Positions 56,044-64,000 of a DNA stretch of 64,000 bases are shown here, piece after piece. This DNA is from an uncultured Lachnospiraceae bacterium (GTDB lineage: Bacteria; Bacillota; Clostridia; Lachnospirales; Lachnospiraceae). The stretch is taken from positions 257 to 64,256 of the forward strand of contig OMVA01000103.1 in the NCBI GenBank assembly GCA_900314445.1. The letters are read 5' to 3'. A program made the position numbers and the translations under genes. Positions within the stretch are counted from its first letter, which is position 1. Each line of letters opens with the position of its first letter. Under the pieces are notes generated by a model, which worked only from the letters and a program-made list of their open reading frames with translations, was not told the origin of the DNA and ran no database searches.

Positions 56044-57381
56044 ATGGTTTTAGGTATTGTGCTTGCGGTTCTGTCAGCTGGGGTGCTGGTATGGATTCTT
56101 ATTAGAATGTTGAAACAAGACAAGAATGCTGCTTTAACAGCAGAGGAATATCTAAGAAATCAAACTGCGGAATCTCCAATTCCTGTCGTTCGTAAAGATG
56201 AAGATACGGATGAATTAAGGAATGCCGAAGAGCAATCTGTGGCACCATTCCAGAAAATGGTTTCCAGCTTTGTGTCTTCTGATCGTGATTCCAACAGTGA
56301 ACCGGTGGAGTTGAAATCTTTACAGTTATACAATCGTGAAGGTGGTTTTTATATCCTGGCGGTTGATCCGAAAATCAGTGAAACTGCAAAACTGAAAGTG
56401 TTTGCAAATCGTATGGGAGCCAATCTCACAGAGTGTCAGAGTGGTCCGGCATGTCTGGAAGAGTGCTCTAAAAATATGTACGATTTAATTATCGTTGCGG
56501 CTACCATGCCTTGGATGGATGGTGCCCAGACTTTGCACAATCTGCAGAAGAGTGAAAACTCTAAATGTAAAGATGCAAAGGTTTATGTATTAGTTGAAGA
56601 GAACAAGAATCATCCAGATTCTTATTATTATGATGAAGGTTTCGATGGAATTATTCGTAAACCTGTTGAGGAAGTCGTAATGGAGGACACAGTTATGGAA
56701 CTGGCTCCAAAACGTATGCTGACACAGGCGCAGTACATTTACGAAGACATACGAAACATGGCTGGGCATGCACGCACGCTGCAAGAGTCACACATTCGTT
56801 TTTCTGCGGCCCTTTCTCATAATGCCAACGACCTGACTATTTTAAAGAAGGCCGCTGAACGTTTCTGTTCTTTATATAATGAGCAAAGCGAAGATATGGC
56901 TGACGCTCTTTATTCTGCAAATGCAAGTGTCTATATGGAAATGGCAAGAACTCTTCGAGATCTGTCAGCAAATCTGGGCGCAGCTCATTTGTCAGATGTA
57001 TTTGATGACCATGTAAACATGGCAAAGGATGAATCTCTGGAAGTTGCAGAAAGCAAATGGATTGCGCTAAGGGGTGAATGGGCAGAAGTTGTTTCTGGAC
57101 TTGCGGACTGGCTGGGTATGAAAGATATTGACGTATCTTCCTCTGATATTATTTCTCCTCAGTCCAATTCCATTACACTCTCTAAAAATGATATACGTGA
57201 GAGAGTGCAGGAGATTTTATCTTACGTGGAGAAGGAAGAGCAGGATATTGCTTTGGAAAAACTTAATAAAATTGGGGAATATGTACTTGATGAAGATGTC
57301 CGACTGAAGTTCAATCAGACGGCAAAGGCTTTTGAAAAAGGCAGCATTAACACGGCTGTTAACATATTAAAAACATTCTAA
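56044..57381 (+). CDS. Membrane-anchored pseudo-receiver + pseudo-Hpt protein
   Basis: N-terminal TM; receiver fold (YILAVD, DLIIVAATMPWMDG, GFDGIIRKP) with Ala at the phospho-Asp position; Hpt-like helix MARTLRDLSANLGA with Arg at the His position. Confidence 0.75.
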   Translation: MVLGIVLAVLSAGVLVWILIRMLKQDKNAALTAEEYLRNQTAESPIPVVRKDEDTDELRNAEEQSVAPFQKMVSSFVSSDRDSNSEPVELKSLQLYNREGGFYILAVDPKISETAKLKVFANRMGANLTECQSGPACLEECSKNMYDLIIVAATMPWMDGAQTLHNLQKSENSKCKDAKVYVLVEENKNHPDSYYYDEGFDGIIRKPVEEVVMEDTVMELAPKRMLTQAQYIYEDIRNMAGHARTLQESHIRFSAALSHNANDLTILKKAAERFCSLYNEQSEDMADALYSANASVYMEMARTLRDLSANLGAAHLSDVFDDHVNMAKDESLEVAESKWIALRGEWAEVVSGLADWLGMKDIDVSSSDIISPQSNSITLSKNDIRERVQEILSYVEKEEQDIALEKLNKIGEYVLDEDVRLKFNQTAKAFEKGSINTAVNILKTF

Positions 57382-57402
57382 CATCAAAGGAAGGATAAAC
57401 GA

Positions 57403-58488
57403 ATGAAGGCATTTCTAATTCTAGAAGACGGCAGCGTTTACGAAGGCAAGTCCATCGGCGCTACAAATGAAGTTATCAGCGAAATTGTTTTCAATACCTC
57501 AATGTGGGGGTATGAAGAAGTTCTGACTGATCCATCGTATGCTGGACAAGCAGTATGTATGACATATCCATTGATTGGTAACTACGGTGTCAACCAGGAG
57601 GATATGGAAGCAGATAGATCTTTTGTATCAGGATTTATCGTTAGAGAACTTGCATCTCTTCCAAGTAACTTCCGCTGTGAAGGAAGCCTTGAGAAATTCC
57701 TCATTGAACAGAATATTCCAGGTATTGCTGGTGTAGATACCAGAGCTCTTACAAAGAAACTTCGTACCGCAGGTACTATGCGTGGCATGATCACAACAGA
57801 TGAAAACTATGATTTAAAGCGTGTGCTTGAAAAGATTCGTTGTTGGAAGATGGGTCATGTTGTTCTTGATGTTACTTGCAAGGAAAAGAAGACTTATCCA
57901 GGTGCAGTTGGCGGATGTGGCTATAAGGTAGCTCTCGTTGACCTGGGTGTTAAGAAGGCTATTATTAAGAATCTTACTAAGCGTGGCTGCACAGTCACAG
58001 TGTATCCTGCAGAAACAAGCGCTGAAGAAATCATCGCTGACGCTCCAGATGGAATCATGCTTTCCAATGGTCCTGGAGATCCAAAGGATAATAAGAAGAC
58101 AATCATTGAAATTCAGAAATTATTCCAGACAAAAATTCCTATTTTTGCAATCTGTCTTGGCCATCAGTTACTTGCTCTGGCAAATGGTGCAGATACTAAA
58201 AAGATGAAGTATGGTCACCGTGGTGCTAACCACCCTGTTAAGGATTTAAAAACAGGCAAGGTATACATCTCTGTACAGAACCATGGTTATATGGTACGTG
58301 AAGATACAATCGATCGTGATATTGCTGAAGTATCCTTCCGCAATGTTAATGATGGAACGGTTGAGGGCGTACACTACCTTGGAAAGAATGTTCAGACAGT
58401 TCAGTTCCATCCAGAAGCTTCTGCAGGTCCAAAGGATACCGAGTTCTTATTTGACCAGTTTATTAATATGATGGAGGTTGCAAAATAA
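57403..58488 (+). CDS. carA: Carbamoyl-phosphate synthase small subunit
   Basis: EIVFNTSM, LTDPSYAGQ, YPLIGNYG, LSNGPGDP, ICLGHQ, QFHPEA. Confidence 0.97.
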   Translation: MKAFLILEDGSVYEGKSIGATNEVISEIVFNTSMWGYEEVLTDPSYAGQAVCMTYPLIGNYGVNQEDMEADRSFVSGFIVRELASLPSNFRCEGSLEKFLIEQNIPGIAGVDTRALTKKLRTAGTMRGMITTDENYDLKRVLEKIRCWKMGHVVLDVTCKEKKTYPGAVGGCGYKVALVDLGVKKAIIKNLTKRGCTVTVYPAETSAEEIIADAPDGIMLSNGPGDPKDNKKTIIEIQKLFQTKIPIFAICLGHQLLALANGADTKKMKYGHRGANHPVKDLKTGKVYISVQNHGYMVREDTIDRDIAEVSFRNVNDGTVEGVHYLGKNVQTVQFHPEASAGPKDTEFLFDQFINMMEVAK

Positions 58489-61400
58489 TGCCAAAGAATT
58501 CAAACATTAAAAAAGTAGTAGTCATCGGTTCTGGCCCAATCGTAATTGGACAGGCAGCTGAATTCGATTATGCTGGTACACAGGCATGTAGATCTCTTGA
58601 AGAAGAGGGCATTGAAGTTGTACTCATCAATTCAAATCCTGCCACAATCATGACAGATAAGGATATTGCCGATAAGGTTTATATCGAACCTCTTACAGTA
58701 GATGTTGTTAAGCATGTAATCAAGAAAGAAAGACCAGATTCAGTACTTCCAACACTGGGTGGTCAGGCTGCTCTGAATATCGCTATGGAACTGGAAGAGT
58801 CTGGTTTCCTTAAGGCACACAATGTTCGTCTGCTTGGTACAAGTGCAAACTCTATTAAGAAGGCAGAAGACCGTCTTGAATTCAAGAAGACAATGGAAAA
58901 AATCCATCAGCCAGTTGCACCTTCACAGGTCGTAACAAGCATTAAGGATGGTCTTGATTTCGTTCAGGTTATTGGATATCCAGTTGTTCTTCGTCCTGCA
59001 TACACACTGGGTGGTTCCGGTGGTGGTATTGCTAAGAATGAAGAAGAATTCGTAGAAATCCTGGAAAATGGACTGCGCCTTTCTCGTGTAGGCCAGGTAC
59101 TTGTTGAAAGAAGTATTGCTGGTTGGAAGGAAGTAGAATACGAAGTAATGCGCGATGCAAATGATACTTGTATCACAGTTTGTAACATGGAAAATCTGGA
59201 TCCTGTAGGTGTTCATACTGGTGACTCCATCGTAGTTGCACCATCACAGACACTGACAGATCGTGATCATCAGATGCTTCGTACTGCAGCTCTGTCTATT
59301 ATTTCTGAGCTGGATATCAGAGGTGGTTGTAACGTACAGTTTGCTCTGAATCCAAACTCATTTGAATACTGTGTAATCGAAGTAAATCCTCGTGTAAGCC
59401 GTTCATCAGCTCTTGCTTCTAAGGCAACTGGTTACCCAATTGCTAAGGTTTCAGCTAAGATTGCTCTGGGCTATAACCTGGATGAAATTCCAAATGCTAT
59501 TACAAAGAAGACATTTGCTTCTTTCGAACCTACACTGGATTACTGTGTAGTTAAGATTCCAAGACTTCCATTTGATAAGTTCATTACAGCTTCTCATAAG
59601 CTGACAACACAGATGAAGGCTACTGGTGAAGTAATGAGTATCTGCACAAACTTCGAAGGCGCACTTATGAAGGCTCTTCGTTCACTGGAGCAGCATGTGG
59701 ATTCTCTTCAGTATGCAGGTATTCCTGAACTTTCTGATGATGAAATCAGAAAAGAACTTCACAATGTTGATGACCGTCGTATCTTCGTAGTAGCTGAGGC
59801 TCTGAGAAGAAACGTATCCATGGAAGAAATTCATGACGATACACAGATTGATATGTGGTTCCTGAATAAGATCAACAATATCGTAGTTATGGAAAAGGCT
59901 ATTGCAGAAGCTCCTGTTATGACAAAGGAACTTATGCAGGATGCTAAGAGAATGGAATTCCCTGATACAGTTATCGCCAGACTTCGTGGCCAGAAGGAAG
60001 AGGAAGTACGTAACCTTCGTTACGAAATGGGAATTACAGCTCATTATAAGATCGTTGATACATGTGCAGCTGAGTTTGATGCAGAAACACCATACTTCTA
60101 CAGCACATATGAAAGTGCAGAATCAGAGGATGCTTCTTCCACAGATAAGAAGAAGGTTATGGTTCTTGGTTCTGGTCCTATCCGTATCGGACAGGGTATC
60201 GAGTTCGATTATTGTTCTGTTCATTCTACATGGATGTTCAAGAAGAAGGGCTACGAAACAATCATCGTAAACAATAACCCTGAAACAGTAAGTACTGACT
60301 TTGATATTGCAGATAAGCTTTACTTCGAACCTCTGACAGCTGAAGATGTACAGTCTATCGTTAATCTGGAAAAGCCAGATGGAGCTGTTGTACAGTTCGG
60401 TGGCCAGACAGCAATTAAGCTGACAGAAGACCTGATTCGCATGGGCGTGCCAATTCTTGGTACAAGCGGCGAAAATGTAGATGCTGCAGAAGACCGTGAA
60501 ATCTTCGACGAAATCCTGCAGACAAACAATATTCCACGTGCAGCTGGTAAGACCGTATTCACACGTGAGGAAGCTGTTACTGTTGCAAATGAGATTGGCT
60601 ACCCAGTTCTGATTCGTCCATCCTATGTTCTTGGTGGACAGGGTATGAGAATTGCTGTATCTGATAAGGATATCATTGAATTCATGGATATCATTAATCA
60701 GCATGTACAGAAGCATCCAGTACTGATTGATAAGTATCTGATGGGTAAGGAAATCGAAGTTGATGCTGTATGTGATGGAGAGAATATCGTAATCCCAGGT
60801 ATCATGGAACATATTGAAAGAGCTGGTATCCACTCTGGAGATAGTATTTCTGTATATCCTGCACAGGATCTTTCAGATCGCATCAAGAGAGTGATTGTAG
60901 ATTACACACGTAAGCTGGCTATGAGCCTGCATGTAATCGGTTTGATTAACATTCAGTACATTCTCTACCGTGATGAAATTTATGTAATTGAAGCAAATCC
61001 ACGTTCAAGCCGTACTGTTCCATATATCAGTAAGGTTACAGGTATTCCAATTGTAGATCTTGCTACTCGTGCAATTCTTGGTGAAAAGCTTACCGATATG
61101 GGATATGAGCCTGGACTTCAGCCAGAAGCATCTCACTTTGCTATTAAGATGCCTGTATTCTCATTTGAGAAGATTAGAGGCGCTGATATTTCACTGGGAC
61201 CAGAAATGAAGTCTACTGGTGAATGCCTTGGTATTTCAGAAGACTACAATGAAGCACTTTATAAGGCTTTCCTTGGAGCAGGTGTCAATGTATCTAAGTA
61301 CCATAAGATGATCATGACTGTTCGTGATTCAGATAAGCTGGAAGCAGTAGAAGTTGCTAAGCGTTTCGTTGAACTGGGCTACCAGATCTTTACTACAGAT

Positions 61401-61712
61401 GGAACTTGCCGTGCCTTTGCAGAACATGGCGTAAAGACAACATCAATTCATAAGATTGAAGAGCCTTCACCAAACCTTCTGGACCTTGTACTTGGCCACG
61501 AAATCGATCTGATTATCGATATTCCAATGCCAGGTGTTCAGCATTCAAAGGATGGTTTCCTGATTCGTCGTCATGCCATCGAAACAGGCGTTACTGTTCT
61601 TACTTCACTGGATACAGCCAATGCACTTCTGAATTCTCTGGAATCTAGTGAACCAAATGATCTGTCACTGGTTGATATTGCTGATATTCCTGATCTTGTA
61701 GAACAGAAATAA
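58488..61712 (+). CDS. carB: Carbamoyl-phosphate synthase large subunit
   Basis: GSGPIVIGQAAEFDY, two ATP-grasp halves, GSGPIRIGQGIEFDY, MGS C-domain; TAATG overlap with carA. Confidence 0.98.
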   Translation: MPKNSNIKKVVVIGSGPIVIGQAAEFDYAGTQACRSLEEEGIEVVLINSNPATIMTDKDIADKVYIEPLTVDVVKHVIKKERPDSVLPTLGGQAALNIAMELEESGFLKAHNVRLLGTSANSIKKAEDRLEFKKTMEKIHQPVAPSQVVTSIKDGLDFVQVIGYPVVLRPAYTLGGSGGGIAKNEEEFVEILENGLRLSRVGQVLVERSIAGWKEVEYEVMRDANDTCITVCNMENLDPVGVHTGDSIVVAPSQTLTDRDHQMLRTAALSIISELDIRGGCNVQFALNPNSFEYCVIEVNPRVSRSSALASKATGYPIAKVSAKIALGYNLDEIPNAITKKTFASFEPTLDYCVVKIPRLPFDKFITASHKLTTQMKATGEVMSICTNFEGALMKALRSLEQHVDSLQYAGIPELSDDEIRKELHNVDDRRIFVVAEALRRNVSMEEIHDDTQIDMWFLNKINNIVVMEKAIAEAPVMTKELMQDAKRMEFPDTVIARLRGQKEEEVRNLRYEMGITAHYKIVDTCAAEFDAETPYFYSTYESAESEDASSTDKKKVMVLGSGPIRIGQGIEFDYCSVHSTWMFKKKGYETIIVNNNPETVSTDFDIADKLYFEPLTAEDVQSIVNLEKPDGAVVQFGGQTAIKLTEDLIRMGVPILGTSGENVDAAEDREIFDEILQTNNIPRAAGKTVFTREEAVTVANEIGYPVLIRPSYVLGGQGMRIAVSDKDIIEFMDIINQHVQKHPVLIDKYLMGKEIEVDAVCDGENIVIPGIMEHIERAGIHSGDSISVYPAQDLSDRIKRVIVDYTRKLAMSLHVIGLINIQYILYRDEIYVIEANPRSSRTVPYISKVTGIPIVDLATRAILGEKLTDMGYEPGLQPEASHFAIKMPVFSFEKIRGADISLGPEMKSTGECLGISEDYNEALYKAFLGAGVNVSKYHKMIMTVRDSDKLEAVEVAKRFVELGYQIFTTDGTCRAFAEHGVKTTSIHKIEEPSPNLLDLVLGHEIDLIIDIPMPGVQHSKDGFLIRRHAIETGVTVLTSLDTANALLNSLESSEPNDLSLVDIADIPDLVEQK

Positions 61713-61742
61713 TAGTAATCAGTAAATAAAATGAAATAATAT

Positions 61743-61792
61743 AGCCTTCGGGAATGCTGGGGATTGCCCCTTGCAAACCTGAAGGCTTTTTC
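61743..61792. terminator. Terminator between convergent carB and XRE genes
   Basis: AGCCTTC ... GAAGGCT + TTTT. Confidence 0.6.
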
Positions 61793-61797
61793 TTTGA

Positions 61798-62193
61798 CTA
61801 GTGGGCTTTTACAAGTTTTGCCTCAGCCTTTCCTTTTTCTCTGGATTGATAAACGGACATTTGTGACCTGCGGATTCGACTTAATCTTTTTCTTTCTTCC
61901 TTCTTTTCTATGCGTTCCTTTTGAATGGCTCCTGTGGCCAGATTGTATTTAAAGGCTCTCTGTTCCTCGAGAAATTCAACTGGCATACAATCTGAAACGT
62001 ATTGAAGTAAATCTACATCGTAGATGTTGGACAGGATTGCTAGGTGTTCTGGTGCAGGATGGCAACGTCCTGTTTCCAGATTGCTGTAATCTTGTCTACT
62101 GATATGAAGTACTGAAGCAACCTCCCCCTGTGTTATTCCCCTGCTAGTTCGAACCTGGCGAAGCAAATCGCCCCAGAATATTTTAGTGCTCAT
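61798..62193 (-). CDS. XRE-family HTH transcriptional regulator
   Basis: LRQVRTSRGITQGEVASVLHISRQDYSNLETG; RBS GGGAGG on the - strand. Confidence 0.88.
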   Translation of the reverse strand: MSTKIFWGDLLRQVRTSRGITQGEVASVLHISRQDYSNLETGRCHPAPEHLAILSNIYDVDLLQYVSDCMPVEFLEEQRAFKYNLATGAIQKERIEKKEERKRLSRIRRSQMSVYQSREKGKAEAKLVKAH

Positions 62194-62428
62194 AAGATAA
62201 CCTCCCCTTATAAATATTTTTGCTTGTCAGGAACGAAGAATATGCTAACATGACTCTTTTTTTCAGGGGGGAGAATTCTTCGAAAAGCACCCTGGCATCG
62301 CTGAATTGCTAAAAAGTGCTGAATATGATACTTTCGATACAGACTTTTATGCTAAGAATCTGCGCACACTACCTTTGTTTGGCCGGGTGTGTTATAGTAG
62401 AAGCATTGTATTTTTTATGGAGGGCAAT

Positions 62429-63259
62429 ATGAGTAAAGCTGATGAACTTTATATTCAGATGTGTAAAGATATCCTGGAAAATGGAATCGATACAAAGGGA
62501 GAGAAGGTTCGCCCGAAGTGGGAAGATGGCACATCTGCTTATACAATAAAAAAATTTGGTGTGGTAAATCGTTATGATTTGAGCAAGGAGTTCCCTGCTA
62601 TCACACTTAGAAAGACATATATTAAATCTGCAATTGATGAGATTCTCTGGATCTGGCAGAAAAAGTCTAATAACATTAAGGATCTGAAGAGCCACATCTG
62701 GGATGAATGGGCTGACGAAGATGGCTCCATTGGTAAGGCTTATGGCTATCAGCTTGGCGTGAAACATCAGTACAAGGAAGGAGAGTTTGATCAGGTAGAC
62801 CGTGTTCTCTACGATTTGAAAAACAATCCTTATAGTCGTCGTATCATGACAAATATCTATGTGCATCAGGATCTTCACGAGATGAATCTTTATCCTTGTG
62901 CCTATTCCATGACATTCAATGTTACAGGAAATAAGCTGAATGCAATCCTTAACCAGCGCTCTCAGGATGTACTGGCAGCTGGTAACTGGAATGTGGTTCA
63001 GTATTCGGCTCTTCTTATGATGATTGCTCAGGCAACAGGCTTTGAAGCTGGAGAACTGGTACACGTTATTGCAGATGCACATATCTACGACCGTCACGTT
63101 CCAATTATTAAGGAGCTGATTGAAAGACCAACTTTCCCTGCACCAAAGGTAACTTTAAATCCGGATGTAAAAGACTTCTACAAGTTTACTGTAGATGATT
63201 TCAAAATCGAGGATTATGAGGCAGGACCACAGGTTAAGGATATTCCGATTGCAATCTAG
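62429..63259 (+). CDS. thyA: Thymidylate synthase
   Basis: DELLWIW-like DEILWIW, SRRIM, LYPCA (catalytic Cys), NQRSQD, NVVQY, HIYDRH; ATG 62429 follows GGAGGG. Confidence 0.97.
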   Translation: MSKADELYIQMCKDILENGIDTKGEKVRPKWEDGTSAYTIKKFGVVNRYDLSKEFPAITLRKTYIKSAIDEILWIWQKKSNNIKDLKSHIWDEWADEDGSIGKAYGYQLGVKHQYKEGEFDQVDRVLYDLKNNPYSRRIMTNIYVHQDLHEMNLYPCAYSMTFNVTGNKLNAILNQRSQDVLAAGNWNVVQYSALLMMIAQATGFEAGELVHVIADAHIYDRHVPIIKELIERPTFPAPKVTLNPDVKDFYKFTVDDFKIEDYEAGPQVKDIPIAI

Positions 63260-63292
63260 GCAAATGGGATTTGCGCGAGCAGTTCATTTGCA
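63260..63292. repeat. Intergenic palindromic repeat family, composite copy
   Basis: GCAAATGGGATTTGCGCGAGCAGTTCATTTGCA abutting the thyA stop. Confidence 0.85.
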
Positions 63293-63321
63293 TGAAATTA
63301 TTAAATGGGTGGTGAATAAAT

Positions 63322-63825
63322 ATGAAACTGATTGCTGCTGTTGATCAGAACTGGGCTATTGGAAATAGAGATGATCTTCTTGTACATATTCCAGAAGACC
63401 AGAAGAATTTTAGAAGAATCACAACAGGAAATGTTGTGGTGCTTGGACGTAAGACATTATCTGGATTTCCTGGTGGTCGTCCTTTAAAGGATCGTTTAAA
63501 TGTTATTTTGACAAAGAATCCTGACTTTGAAGCTGGGGATGCTGTGATTGTTCGATCCCAGGAAGAACTGTTTGAACAGTTAAAGAAGTATCCAAGTAAT
63601 GAGGTTTATGTCATCGGTGGCGGTACTCTTTATAAGATGCTGGAACCATATTGCGATGAGGCAATCATTACGAAGATTGACTATTCTTATCAGGCGGATA
63701 CATATTTCCCTAACCTTGATGAGAAGGAAAATTGGGAGCTTGTAGAAGAGGGAGAAGAACAGACATACTTCGATTTGATTTATCATTTTGATACTTATCG
63801 TAATAAAACTCCAAAGGAAATTTGA
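63322..63825 (+). CDS. folA: Dihydrofolate reductase
   Basis: AIGNRDDLL, PEDQKNF, GRKT, PLKDRLN, VIGGG, ADTYFP. Confidence 0.96.
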   Translation: MKLIAAVDQNWAIGNRDDLLVHIPEDQKNFRRITTGNVVVLGRKTLSGFPGGRPLKDRLNVILTKNPDFEAGDAVIVRSQEELFEQLKKYPSNEVYVIGGGTLYKMLEPYCDEAIITKIDYSYQADTYFPNLDEKENWELVEEGEEQTYFDLIYHFDTYRNKTPKEI

Positions 63826-63969
63826 CCGAAAATCAAAGTCCTATAATTATTGAACAAATTTACGGAAAATACCCCCTGGATTTGTACGAATTGCACAAAA
63901 AAGAATTGATTTCTTTATTGTACATGCTATAATGTACTAGTGTAATTATACAGATTGGGGGGTATTTTT

Positions 63970-64000
63970 ATGGCAGAAAATATGATGCTGACGACAGGGT
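63970..64000 (+). CDS. 5' end of a CDS running off the window
   Basis: ATG GCA GAA AAT ATG... after a G-rich RBS and a TATAAT at about 63927. Confidence 0.45.
   Translation, partial: MAENMMLTTG

Noticed and set aside
830-63292. Repeat family as a CRISPR array
   Set aside because: Copies are dispersed kilobases apart with no regular repeat-spacer period and no cas genes

Overview
Chromosomal core-genome segment of a low-GC Firmicute. A Lachnospiraceae-like organism is inferred from the protein families and codon style. Nearly all genes lie on the + strand; only lysE, clpX and an XRE regulator are on the - strand. I saw no transposase, integrase, prophage gene, rRNA or CRISPR array. Gene content: permuted GH3 glycosidase, OmpR/HK two-component pair, glycine riboswitch with Ala/Gly symporter, double esterase, MATE, LTA synthase, TRAP transporter, Ohr-like MarR-trxA-trxB, mutY, pyrC, a second type IIA topoisomerase pair (A before B), ABC-F, tex, hypA, a histone-H1-like protein, clpX, P-II, folate genes, infC-rpmI-rplT with L20 leader, tRNA-Leu(AAG), tyrS, carAB and thyA-folA. 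Most notable: (1) a 1519-aa TRAP large permease fused to THREE tandem substrate-binding domains, with no free dctP nearby; (2) a dispersed, modular palindromic intergenic repeat family (core GCAAATGRACT / AGTYCATTTGC) at about 15 loci; (3) a FolB-FolK-prephenate dehydratase triple fusion; (4) a membrane-anchored receiver+Hpt protein that has lost both phospho-acceptors, directly upstream of carAB; (5) a rare A34 tRNA-Leu(AAG) matched by strong CTT usage. All family assignments come from motif recognition by eye; no database searches were run.
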